Of a stretch of DNA of 47,690 bases, positions 37,538-46,403 are shown in pieces. The stretch is from the NCBI GenBank assembly GCA_964398315.1, contig CAYNMV010000029.1, forward strand, positions 1 to 47,690, read 5' to 3'. The DNA is from an uncultured Tepidisphaeraceae bacterium. Its GTDB lineage: Bacteria; Planctomycetota; Phycisphaerae; Tepidisphaerales; Tepidisphaeraceae. The position numbers and the translations under genes were made by a program. Within the stretch, counting starts at the first letter, position 1, and every line of letters starts with the position of its first letter. The notes under the pieces were generated by a model. It did no database searches and was not told where the DNA came from. It was given only the letters and a program-made list of their open reading frames with translations.

Positions 37538-37567
37538 GGTGCACTGTTCCACGTGGAACACTGCACC
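37538..37567. promoter_or_regulatory. Imperfect 30-bp palindrome GGTGCACTGTTCCACGTGGAACACTGCACC (core TGTTCCACGTGGAACA), copy 1
   Basis: Read directly from the sequence. Located 30 nt downstream of the flotillin stop and 98 nt upstream of the channel gene ATG. Confidence 0.6.
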
Positions 37568-37624
37568 AGCCGGGCCACGGGAGCCGCGATGACGGGCATC
37601 CGGGCGGGTTGATGCGTGTTCACT

Positions 37625-37648
37625 GCACTGTTCCACGTGGAACAGTGC
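37625..37648. promoter_or_regulatory. Near-perfect palindrome containing the perfect 22-bp CACTGTTCCACGTGGAACAGTG, copy 2 (same 16-bp core as copy 1)
   Basis: Read directly from the sequence. Its centre lies 84 bp from the centre of copy 1. It ends 16 nt before the ATG of the channel gene, just upstream of the GGGAGGG RBS. Confidence 0.6.
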
Positions 37649-37664
37649 GCAGCCGGGAGGGCGC

Positions 37665-38111
37665 ATGGGCAGTTGGCGAGACGATCTGAACTATGGGCTG
37701 GCCGCGTTCGGGCTGAAGCTGCCCGAGCGCCTGTCGCTGCATGACCTGACCGCCCACCTGGATACGGCCCCGGGCAAGAGCATCGCCCAAGTGATCGCCG
37801 CCGGGAGCGTGCTGTTTTTCCTGGCCGAGCGGCGGCATAATCCGGCGGTGCGCAGCGTGTTCGATGCCGCGGTGTATTGCGCTGCCTGCCTGAGTGTCGG
37901 CGATTCGGGTATTTTCCCCACCACGCCGGCCGGAAAGATGATCGGCACGCTGCTGATGACCTACGGCCCTTCCCTTGCCCAGCGGGCACTGGATCGCCCC
38001 GCCCGTGCCGACTCGGGCCTGCCCAGCGGCGATGATACCCAGCAGCAGATCCTCCAGACGCTGCGCAGTATCCTTGAGCGCCTGCCGACTCCAGATACCA
38101 CCGCCCGCTGA
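37665..38111 (+). CDS. Small two-TM ion-channel pore-domain protein (Ion_trans_2-like) with a non-canonical SVGDSG selectivity filter
   Basis: SVLFFLAERRHN...AVYCAACLSVGDSGIFPTTPAGKMIGTLLMTYG aligns with TM1, pore helix, filter and TM2 of KcsA/NaK-type channels (ALWWSVETATTVGYGDLYPVT..GR). The GYG is replaced by GDS, as in non-selective NaK/CNG-like filters. Confidence 0.5.
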   Translation: MGSWRDDLNYGLAAFGLKLPERLSLHDLTAHLDTAPGKSIAQVIAAGSVLFFLAERRHNPAVRSVFDAAVYCAACLSVGDSGIFPTTPAGKMIGTLLMTYGPSLAQRALDRPARADSGLPSGDDTQQQILQTLRSILERLPTPDTTAR

Positions 38112-38128
38112 CCGAAGATGCAACAGCC

Positions 38129-39151
38129 GTGATGAAGATCCTGCCCGATGTTTCTCTCCGCCCGTACAACACCTTCGGCATCGAGGCCCGCGCCCGGTGG
38201 CTGGCGGCGTTCCGCTCGGCTGATGAGTTGCGCGAGCTGCTGGCGCACTTTCGCAGCAATCATGTGAATCGCCGGCTCATCCTCGGCGGCGGCAGCAATA
38301 TCCTGCTAACAGGTGATTTCGACGGTGCCGTACTGAAGAACGATGTGCCGGGCATGCACGTCATCAGCGAAGATGAGGAGCATGTTTACGTCACGGCCGG
38401 CGCCGGCGAGAACTGGCATCGCTTTGTCACCTGGTGCATCGGCAACGGCTTCGGCGGCGTGGAAAATCTCGCGCTCATCCCCGGCAACGTCGGCGCTTCG
38501 CCGATGCAGAATATCGGCGCCTACGGCGTTGAGATCCGCGATGTCTTTCATGAGCTTCAGGCCCTGCACCTGGCCGAGGGGCACATTCGCACCTTCACGC
38601 TGGCCGAGTGCGCCTTCGGCTACCGCGACAGCGTTTTCAAGAACCGCTATCGCGACCAGTACGCGATCCTGAACGTCACCTATCGCCTGAGCAAGCGCCC
38701 CCGCTTCAACACCACCTATGCCCCCCTGCGGCAGGAGTTGGAGCGCATGGGCATCGACGATTTATCGCTCCAGGCTGTTGCGCAGGCGGTCATCAACATC
38801 CGCACCAGCAAGCTCCCCGATCCCACCCAGATCGGCAACGCGGGCAGCTTTTTCAAGAACCCGACCCTCCCCAACGACCAGTTTGCCGCACTGCGCCAGA
38901 AGCACCCGGATGTGCCGGCCTATCCGGTTGACCCGCATCACACCAAGGTCCCCGCCGGCTGGCTGATCGAGCAAGCTGGCTGGAAGGGCTTTCGTGCGGG
39001 TGATGCCGGCTGCTACGCGAAACAAGCCCTGGTCCTGGTCAACTACGGCCAGGCCAGTGGTGCAGAGATCCTCGCCCTCAGCCAGCGCATCGCCGCATCG
39101 GTTCATGAAACATTCGGCATCACACTGGAACGCGAAGTAAACGTGATCTGA
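38129..39151 (+). CDS. murB: UDP-N-acetylenolpyruvoylglucosamine reductase
   Basis: NTFGIEARA...[10 protein letters not shown]...[27 protein letters not shown]...SVFK: the FAD-binding and MurB C-terminal domains. Confidence 0.9.
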   Translation: [340 protein letters not shown]

Positions 39152-39180
39152 TCAAGGCAAACAGCGCATCACACTGCCGC

Positions 39181-39265
39181 CTGATGTGGTACGGCTTGAG
39201 CCGTAGTATTGCTTCTGATGTGACACGGCTTCTGATGTGGCACAGGGTCTGATGTGGCACGGGTT
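39181..39265. repeat. Five tandem 17-nt units of consensus CTGATGTG(G/A)(C/T)AC(G/A)GG(C/G)TT (one degenerate), followed by the small hairpin CACGGGTT-TTC-AACCCGTG (39258-39276)
   Basis: Read directly from the sequence. Located in the convergent intergenic region between murB (+) and the aminotransferase gene (-). Confidence 0.6.
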
Positions 39266-39468
39266 TTCAACCCGTGCGAAGTGCGCCGCCCACACCGACT
39301 GCCAACCCGCAGCACACACTGCATCCCCTATCCTGCCAAGCCCCCACAATCGCCACCAGATGTGTCGCATCCAGCAAAACGATTGAACGCAGATGGGACA
39401 AACCCACCTGCGTTCAGTCGTTTCTTCGAATCTCCGCGGCCTGGGCCTCTCACCCGCCGCGTCCCGGC

Positions 39469-40614
39469 TCAAAACAGCTTCGCCAGCACCTGCTGGGCCG
39501 CGGCCACGCCCTTGCCAAACTCGACCTTCTGGCCGAGCTTGTGCAGCACGTGCTCGATGGCGGCGACGACCGCGAGGGTGTCGTAGGCATCGGTATAGCC
39601 CATGTGGTTGACGCGGAAGATCTGGCCTTCCATCGTGCCCTGGCCGCCGGCGATATGGATGTTGTGCCGGCTCTTGAGCTGGCCGCGGAAGTCCTTGTCG
39701 GTCACGCCGGCAGGATAGCGCACGGCGGTCACCGAGTCGGCCGGGGTTTGGCTGAACAGTTGCAGACCCAGCGCCTGCACGCCAGCCCGGAACGCCTCGG
39801 CGTTGGTCTGGGTGCGCTTCCAGACGCCCTCGATGGTCTCTTCCTTCAGCATCTTCAGGCTGACCAGCGCGGCATCGATGAGCGTGTTGGCCGGGGTGAA
39901 GGGCGTGTCATCGTTCTCGATGCTCTTGCGGTATTTCGACAAATCCAGATAGAACTCGCGCACGCCCTTGTTCGCCTCGACCGCCTTCCAGGCACGGTCG
40001 CTGAGGGCGACAAAGCCCAGGCCCGGCGGGAGCATCAGCGCCTTCTGGCTGCCGGTGATAGCCACATCCACGCCCCACTCATCCATCTTGAACGGGAACG
40101 CCCCGATGCTGGTGATGCCATCGACGATCAGCAGCGTGTCGCCCGAGGCCCGCACGGCCTTGCCGATGCCGGCCAGGTCGCAGGTGGTGGCGGTGCTGGT
40201 TTCGCTGTGGACAAGGATGACGGCATCGTAGTTGCCGCCCTTGAGCCTGGCCGCGATCTCGTCGGGAGTGACGTGCGTGCCATATTCCTTTTTCAGTTCC
40301 TCCACCTCGATGCCATACGCCTTGCACACCTGCGCCCAGCGCTCGGCGAACTTGCCGTTGGAGACATTCAGCACCTTCTTGCCGGGGGCCAGCGTCGAGA
40401 CAATGCCCGCTTCGGCGGCGGCGGTGCCCGAGCCGGTGATGGTCAGCACGGTCTGGCGGGTCTGGAAGACATACTGCAGGATCTGCTGCACTTCCTTGAA
40501 CATCGCCCGGAATTCGCCGGTGCGGTGATGATGCACCGGTTCGGCGAGCTTCAGCAGGGTCGCCTCGGGAACGCTGGTGGGGCCGGGAGTGTAAAGACGA
40601 TATTTCATCAGCAT
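39469..40614 (-). CDS. Class V aminotransferase (serine-pyruvate / alanine-glyoxylate aminotransferase-like, PLP-dependent)
   Basis: YTPGPTSVPE N-terminus and the ITGSQKALMLPPGLG PLP-lysine motif. Start at MLMKYRLYTPGP (the track ORF extends 19 codons further). Confidence 0.85.
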   Translation of the reverse strand: MLMKYRLYTPGPTSVPEATLLKLAEPVHHHRTGEFRAMFKEVQQILQYVFQTRQTVLTITGSGTAAAEAGIVSTLAPGKKVLNVSNGKFAERWAQVCKAYGIEVEELKKEYGTHVTPDEIAARLKGGNYDAVILVHSETSTATTCDLAGIGKAVRASGDTLLIVDGITSIGAFPFKMDEWGVDVAITGSQKALMLPPGLGFVALSDRAWKAVEANKGVREFYLDLSKYRKSIENDDTPFTPANTLIDAALVSLKMLKEETIEGVWKRTQTNAEAFRAGVQALGLQLFSQTPADSVTAVRYPAGVTDKDFRGQLKSRHNIHIAGGQGTMEGQIFRVNHMGYTDAYDTLAVVAAIEHVLHKLGQKVEFGKGVAAAQQVLAKLF

Positions 40615-40721
40615 GTGGATGCTCTCACGTAAGGTAAAACCTGTCTCACCACAGGAGATACGGAAATACAAATAAAGAGTCGGTTGGCTCCGCGGCTCCG
40701 TGGTTCATATCCATGGCCTGA

Positions 40722-41498
40722 TCAGGCCGTTTCCCACGCTTGGCGCAGGAACTTGACGATTCGCGGGCTGTCGTTGGTCAGGTCGAAGGCCTTGCATTCG
40801 ACACTGATCACGCCCTTGTAGTTGCCGGCTTTAAGGACGCGGAAGAAGGGAACATAGGGGCTTTCATCGGGCGCGCCTGATTCGCCGGGGGCGGTGCGGT
40901 TGACCTTGTCGGCAACGTGGACGTGGCCGATCCAGCGCATCGCTTTCTCGAGGTTTTTCAGCGGCTCATTTTCGACCCAGAAGTGGTAGCTGTCCACCAG
41001 GCACAGGAAATTGTCGTGGTTCAGCTCGCGGACATAGGTCATCGCCTCCTCGACGGAGTTGATGATGTTGCACTCTTTGCGATTCAGGGGCTCGGCGACG
41101 ATCACCACATCATGCCGGGCGGCGATGTCGGCCGACATCTGGAGGAAATCCAGGATCTGGCGGCGGGCCTCCTGGCGGTCAAACCCATCGGGCACCTGCC
41201 GGGCGCCGCCGCTGCCGAACACCAGCGTCCTGACCCCCGTTTCTCCGGCGCGCTGCAGCACATTGCCCATGTAGTCGCGCAGGATGTTCAGGTCGGCGGT
41301 CGGGCCGGTGATCTTGAGGTGGCCGGGCACCAGGCAATTGGCTGCCAGTACCGGCAGCGCTGCATTCTTGACGGGTGCGGGGTCATAGCTGGCATCTTCC
41401 CCCTTGAACAGGGCCTGAACGTTGCCTTCCACAAAATCCCATCCACCCGCCTTCGCCTGGGCGGCCTTGTCCGGCGCTGTGCAAATCCCGAATCGCAT
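40722..41498 (-). CDS. Sugar phosphate isomerase/epimerase (xylose-isomerase-like TIM barrel) family protein
   Basis: Length and motif pattern (VVIVAEPLN, CLVDSYHFW, GHVHVAD) are typical of AP_endonuc_2 TIM-barrel proteins. Confidence 0.65.
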   Translation of the reverse strand: MRFGICTAPDKAAQAKAGGWDFVEGNVQALFKGEDASYDPAPVKNAALPVLAANCLVPGHLKITGPTADLNILRDYMGNVLQRAGETGVRTLVFGSGGARQVPDGFDRQEARRQILDFLQMSADIAARHDVVIVAEPLNRKECNIINSVEEAMTYVRELNHDNFLCLVDSYHFWVENEPLKNLEKAMRWIGHVHVADKVNRTAPGESGAPDESPYVPFFRVLKAGNYKGVISVECKAFDLTNDSPRIVKFLRQAWETA

Positions 41499-41743
41499 GG
41501 TGTCTCCTTAGACAATTAAGACCCCGGATAATAGAGGATTCGAACGGCGGATGCCAAACCGGCAAGCGCGGATGGCCGGTCATTGACGCCCGCGATGTGG
41601 GTTTTGCATGCGGTATCCAGGGCCGATATGGGCACCCCCATGGCGATTGCGGCGGCATAAGCCGCTCGGTTTTCTGTTTCTTGCCTCTTTCCCTTTGCAG
41701 GCCACGGCATCGTCCCCATAATGCTGGGCAAAGGAGAAGTGAA

Positions 41744-42154
41744 TTGGCTTACTGGCTGCTGAAAACCGAACCCGATTGCTATAGCTGGTCCGACCTGGAG
41801 CGAGACAAGAAGACCGCCTGGGATGGCGTGACCAATGCCCTGGCCCTCAAGCACATCCGCAGCATCAAGAAAAACGACCTGGCGGCGATCTATCACACCG
41901 GCGGCGAGCGCGCGGTCATCGGGGTGGCCAGGGTTATCTCCAGCCCCTACCCCGATCCCAACGAGGCAGATGAGAAACTGGTGGTAGTGGATGTGAAGCC
42001 GGTGAAGAAGCTCAAGCAGCCGGTAACGCTGTCGGATTTCAAGGCCGATCCTGCATTTGCCGGATGGGATCTGCTGCGCATCAGCCGCCTGAGCGTCGTC
42101 CCCGTGCCTGAGCCGATGTGGAAACGGATGATGCAACTGGCCGAGGAAGGGTAG
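41744..42154 (+). CDS. EVE (PUA-like) domain protein
   Basis: (M)AYWLLKTEPDCYSWSDLERDKKTAWDGV...AIYHTGGERAVIGVARV is the canonical EVE-domain opening. A TTG start with an AGGAGA RBS 6 nt upstream is proposed (the track ORF starts at 41597). Confidence 0.7.
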   Translation: MAYWLLKTEPDCYSWSDLERDKKTAWDGVTNALALKHIRSIKKNDLAAIYHTGGERAVIGVARVISSPYPDPNEADEKLVVVDVKPVKKLKQPVTLSDFKADPAFAGWDLLRISRLSVVPVPEPMWKRMMQLAEEG

Positions 42155-42226
42155 ACAGGGCCAGGCTGTGCGAGAGTCGCGGCGTTTCCCTGCCTGATTC
42201 ATCCTTCTTCGAACGAGGGCGCAACC

Positions 42227-42811
42227 ATGACCGAGCAACCCTTCGACCCGGACGTTTCCCAGGAGTCCGCCCACACTGCCGCCCGCAGTGCGCTTGAGGA
42301 GGATGAACGCATCTATTTCGAAGGCTCACCGATCCTGCGCGGCGACCTGGGGCGGCTGATGATGATGGCGCTGCTGGGGCTGGTGCTGATCGCCGCGCCG
42401 ATCGTGGCGGCGATTTACGATTGGTGGCATACCCCCTGGTGGGGCTGGCTCCTGTTCATCGCGGCCGGCGCGCTGCTGATGGTGCTGCCTTACCTGCTGG
42501 TCAAGACGGTGCGTTACCGCATCACCAATTACCGCATCGACTACGAGCATGGCCTGGTCTCCAAGACCATCGACACCCTGGAGCTGTGGCACGTGGATGA
42601 TATCCACTTCCGCCAGTCGCTCATCGACCGCATTTTCGGGGTGGGCACCATCACGGTGATCTCCAGCGACAGCACCACGCCCCGTCTGCCGCTCTACGGT
42701 CTGCCCCAGCCGCGTGCACTGTTCGATCAGCTCAAGCAGCGCGTGATCGCCGTCAAGCGCATGCGCGGCGTCATCAAGATGGACATGGGCGGCGGCGGGT
42801 TCCCCGGCTGA
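42227..42811 (+). CDS. Bacterial PH-domain (bPH_2/YdbT-like, DUF304) membrane protein
   Basis: Two adjacent TM helices (LMMMALLGLVLIAAPIVAAIY; WLLFIAAGALLMVLPYLLV) followed by RYRITNYRIDYEHGLVSKTIDTLELWHVDDIHFRQSLIDRIFGVGTI, typical of bPH_2. Confidence 0.6.
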   Translation: MTEQPFDPDVSQESAHTAARSALEEDERIYFEGSPILRGDLGRLMMMALLGLVLIAAPIVAAIYDWWHTPWWGWLLFIAAGALLMVLPYLLVKTVRYRITNYRIDYEHGLVSKTIDTLELWHVDDIHFRQSLIDRIFGVGTITVISSDSTTPRLPLYGLPQPRALFDQLKQRVIAVKRMRGVIKMDMGGGGFPG

Positions 42812-42923
42812 CCTCCGCCCCGGCCCGCTCTTGGCCGTATCCATCCCGCCGGTTGTTGGTGAACCGGCCCGCCAGCGCTACACTGTAGCCCGGTTTAGAT
42901 TCGATTCCTCCAGATTCATACGC

Positions 42924-44240
42924 ATGTCCCAGTCCGACTCACGCCGTCCGCGCAAAACCTCGTATCGCAGCTATCATCGCGCGCAGGCGCACGCATCGGC
43001 CCACGCCGAGGATGCCGCGCCACAAGCCATCCCCCGGCACGAGCTGATTCCGCACAACAAGCCAGCGGTCATCACCGATGCCGCCGGGCTGGCCGGGCTG
43101 ATTGAGGAGTTGCGGGCGGCGGGCTCATTCGCCTACGACAGCGAATTCATCGGCGAGTTGTCGTACGTGCCGCGCCTGTGCCTGATCCAGGTTGCCACGG
43201 CCCAGCGCGTTACCCTGATCGATCCGCTGACTGGACTGGACCTGACCGACTTCTGGGCACTCATCTGCGATCCAGCGGTGGAGAAGATCGTCCACGCCGG
43301 CCAGCAGGACATCGAACCGGTCTTCCGCCATCTGCCAGAGCAGCGCCCGGCCAACCTGATCGACACCCAGATCGCCGCCGGCTTCGCCGCCCTGCCGTAT
43401 CCGGTGTCGCTCTCGAAACTGGTCGGGGAGATGACCGGCGTGCGCCTGTCCAAGGGGTTCACGTTCACCAACTGGGAACACCGCCCCCTGTCATCGTCGC
43501 AGTTGCGCTACGCGGCGGATGATGTGCGCTACCTGCCGCTGGTCTGGCACACGCTGCGCCAGCGCCTGGAAGCGCTGGGCCATCTCGAAGCGGCTCGCGA
43601 AGCGTGCGCAGCACTGCTCGATCCAGCGCTGTATGCCGAAGACCCCGATGGCGGTTATCTGCGCATTCGCGGGGCCGGCTCGCTGGATCCGAAAAACCTG
43701 GCGGTGCTGCGCGAGCTGGCCATCTGGCGCGACCAGTCGGCCCGGCAGGAGGACATCCCGGCGCGCACCCTGCTGCGCGATGAGGTGTTGCTGGCGCTGG
43801 CACGGCATCCGGTGAAATCGGTCGACAAGCTGGCCGCCGTCAAGGGGCTGCCGCGCCCGGTTGAAACGCAGTACGGCCGGGAGCTGGTCGACCGGACCCT
43901 GCGGGCGCTGGCGCTGCCCAGGGACCAGTGGCCGGTGATGAAGAACAACGAAGAGACGGCGGCCGAGAAGTTTCAGACCGATGCCCTGCTCACTGCGGCC
44001 GAGGCGGTCTGCTTTGGCAAGTCCATCGACCCGGCGCTGGTGCTGAGCCGCCAGGACATCGCCGACCTGCTGCGCCGTCGCCGCCAGGGCCAGCCGATCG
44101 ATGAGTCACGCCTGCTGCATGGCTGGCGCCGGCACATCGTGGGCGAGGCGCTGCTTAAGCTGCTCGATCACCAGCCCGCCGGCGAAATCCGCTGGGCCGC
44201 CACCACACCGCCCGCACAAGCGCAGCCAGACCCCAAGTAA
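42924..44240 (+). CDS. rnd: Ribonuclease D (DEDDy 3'-5' exonuclease with HRDC domain)
   Basis: FAYDSEF...LCLIQVAT (Exo I), VHAGQQDIEP (Exo II), and YAADDVRYL (Exo III with the catalytic Tyr). HRDC-like C-terminal half. ATG at 42924 (the track ORF begins at 42831). Confidence 0.85.
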   Translation: MSQSDSRRPRKTSYRSYHRAQAHASAHAEDAAPQAIPRHELIPHNKPAVITDAAGLAGLIEELRAAGSFAYDSEFIGELSYVPRLCLIQVATAQRVTLIDPLTGLDLTDFWALICDPAVEKIVHAGQQDIEPVFRHLPEQRPANLIDTQIAAGFAALPYPVSLSKLVGEMTGVRLSKGFTFTNWEHRPLSSSQLRYAADDVRYLPLVWHTLRQRLEALGHLEAAREACAALLDPALYAEDPDGGYLRIRGAGSLDPKNLAVLRELAIWRDQSARQEDIPARTLLRDEVLLALARHPVKSVDKLAAVKGLPRPVETQYGRELVDRTLRALALPRDQWPVMKNNEETAAEKFQTDALLTAAEAVCFGKSIDPALVLSRQDIADLLRRRRQGQPIDESRLLHGWRRHIVGEALLKLLDHQPAGEIRWAATTPPAQAQPDPK

Positions 44241-44488
44241 AGCCACCGCCCCGCCCGCCGCGCAGGCCACGCTCACACAGCACGATCTGCGGCGGGTCGA
44301 AAGGTCTGGAGCAAATTGCCGGTCAACGCACACTTGTGGCACGGCTTTGTTAACCCGTGCGAGCCACGGTCAGCACGCACTTGCCAGCGCGTGTCACAAA
44401 ACGAAGTGGGCATGTCGGATGAACATGGCCAGATGATTGACGCCGCGGAAACGGGAGCCCCCCTGTGGCGTTCAAATCGCGCTGCCTC

Positions 44489-45418
44489 TCACGCCTGATC
44501 CGCACGCTGCCGCGTCCGCAGGCGGGTGCCAAGCAACTCAACCAGGCCGTTGGACAGCAGGATCAGTGTTGCCCCCACCAGCGCCACACCGGGCATTTCC
44601 CGCCCCGCCAGCACCCGCGCGAAGATCGCGGCGAAGACGGCCTCCAGCAGGTAGATCAGCGCCGCCCGCGTGGGATCCACCCGCGGCTGGAAGAACGTCA
44701 GCAGCCCATAGGCCATGATCGTCGGGAAAATCGTCAGCAGCAACATGTGCCCGCGCACCTCCTCGTGCCAGGCCAGCATCAGTACCTTGCCCTCGCCTGC
44801 CAGGGGGACCGCGGCGGCCATCGTCAGGATGCCCACGACGATGAACTGCCCGCCGGTCATCCGCCATGGATCATCGCTGTCCACCACCGCATTGATCGCC
44901 AGGATGTAGATCGCAAATGCCACCGCACAGAGCAGCCCGAGCCATTCACCCAGGCCAAATCCCTCGGGCGTGGCACCGGTCATCAGCCAGATGCCCACCA
45001 CCGCCACCGCTACCGCGATCCACAGCACCGGCCGGGGCGGCCGGCGCAACACGATCGTCAGGATCAGCGGCACGAAGAGGATCGTCAGGCTGGTGAGAAA
45101 TGCGCTGACCGCTTCGCTGGTGCGATCCAGGCCCAGGTGCTGCACCACCAGGGCCACCGCCAGCAGGGTCCCCAGGATGGTTGCCTTGAGCACCGCCGCA
45201 CCGGTCCAGCCACGGCGGGCGGCGGGGAAGAGGGCCATCCACAGCATCCCCGCCAGCAGGAAGCGCCAGCCCAGCAGCAACACCGGGCCAATCCCCGCGC
45301 CCGCCCCCGCGCCACTGATGCGATTCAGGTCATCGCCCCCCGCCTTGGCCCAGGTGAAAGACAGTCCCCACAGCAAGGTTGCCAGCACCAGTGCGGCGGC
45401 GGGCAGATGGCTTGACAT
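44489..45418 (-). CDS. EamA/DMT-superfamily transporter
   Basis: About ten hydrophobic helices in two repeated halves (LLWGLSFTWAK...; ...FAIYILAINAV...), as expected for two EamA domains. The start is uncertain (M1, M7 or M30 of the track ORF). Confidence 0.65.
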   Translation of the reverse strand: MSSHLPAAALVLATLLWGLSFTWAKAGGDDLNRISGAGAGAGIGPVLLLGWRFLLAGMLWMALFPAARRGWTGAAVLKATILGTLLAVALVVQHLGLDRTSEAVSAFLTSLTILFVPLILTIVLRRPPRPVLWIAVAVAVVGIWLMTGATPEGFGLGEWLGLLCAVAFAIYILAINAVVDSDDPWRMTGGQFIVVGILTMAAAVPLAGEGKVLMLAWHEEVRGHMLLLTIFPTIMAYGLLTFFQPRVDPTRAALIYLLEAVFAAIFARVLAGREMPGVALVGATLILLSNGLVELLGTRLRTRQRADQA

Positions 45419-45713
45419 GCCCGCTTCCCGCTCAGATGCGGCAGGCGCCAGCGCGGCCGACGCTCCGGCATCGGGACAGGATGTCATGGTCTGAGGTTCA
45501 TCCACGGTTGCGGTTCAAGCTTGGGAATCAAGGCGCGGCCCGTCCGCCGCTTCACACCGTCTGTACGGTAACAGTGGGCAGCAGATTACGCGGAAGCGCC
45601 CATTCCGTCACGCGCAGGCGGTGTGCAGCACATCCCGGTTGCGCAAGACAGGCGCTGTGGCGCACACCGCATACTCCCTGCCCCTCGGTGCGCCATGGAA
45701 GAGTGGATGGGGC

Positions 45714-46403
45714 TTATTCAATCGCGGCCAGGCGCGACTGGGCAGCGTGGAAGGAGGGATCGAGTTCAATGGAGCGGCGGTAATGCAGGCGGGCGTTGGT
45801 CCGGTCGCCGAGCGATTCGTAGACGCTGCCGAGGTTGTAGTGCACCTGCGCCGGGGTAAGGACAGCGCTGAGCTGTTCGACCGCCTCGTTGAGCTTGCCG
45901 GTGCGGGCGAGCATCAGGCCATAGTTGACCCGACAGGGCTGGCTTGTGGGATCGATCTCGATGCCCTTGCGATAGGCCGCCTCCGCCTCAGCGCGCTGGC
46001 CGGCGATTTCGTAGGCATACCCCAGGTTGCTGTAGCCGGCCGCAGCGTGGTTCGTCAGCTCGATGTAGCGCTTCCAGCACTGGATCGCCTGGGCATGGCG
46101 GCCCAGGCGCGACTGGGCGATCGCCAGGCGAAACAGCGATGGCTCATGCCTGGCATCCACCTGCAACGCTCGGGTGTACTGCTCGATGGCCCCGGCGAGA
46201 TTGCCCTGGCTTTCGGCGAGCTGGCCGGCGGCGAAGTGGGTATTGGCCATCAGCGGGGGATCGGCGGCCTGCTCAAACTGCCGGTCCTCGGCCGAAAGCA
46301 GTTGCTGCTCGTGCCGCGGCACCCCTTTGTTTTCCTTGTCAGCGCACCCCACGGCCATCGCCGCCATCAGCGCAAGACCTGCCTGCCAGTGCCATTTGCT
46401 CAT
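45714..46403 (-). CDS. TPR-repeat lipoprotein
   Basis: Signal peptide with lipobox (LALMAAMAVGCAD) and several 34-aa TPR units (AIEQYTRALQVDARHEPSLFRLAIAQSRLGRHAQA etc.). Confidence 0.7.
   Translation of the reverse strand: MSKWHWQAGLALMAAMAVGCADKENKGVPRHEQQLLSAEDRQFEQAADPPLMANTHFAAGQLAESQGNLAGAIEQYTRALQVDARHEPSLFRLAIAQSRLGRHAQAIQCWKRYIELTNHAAAGYSNLGYAYEIAGQRAEAEAAYRKGIEIDPTSQPCRVNYGLMLARTGKLNEAVEQLSAVLTPAQVHYNLGSVYESLGDRTNARLHYRRSIELDPSFHAAQSRLAAIE

Noticed and set aside
39232-39270. TGGCACGG-N4-TTCA read as a sigma-54 (-24/-12) promoter, TGGCACG-N4-TTGCW
   Set aside because: The -12 element is not matched (TTCA or TGTT instead of TTGC). The copies lie between convergent gene ends with no downstream gene to drive, and the motif recurs as hairpin arms, so a structural repeat is the better explanation.
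41530-41560. GGATTCGAAC-containing stretch resembling the antisense of a tRNA T-arm/acceptor end
   Set aside because: Reverse-complement inspection shows no complementary acceptor stem, no D-arm and no anticodon-arm arrangement, so it is not a tRNA.
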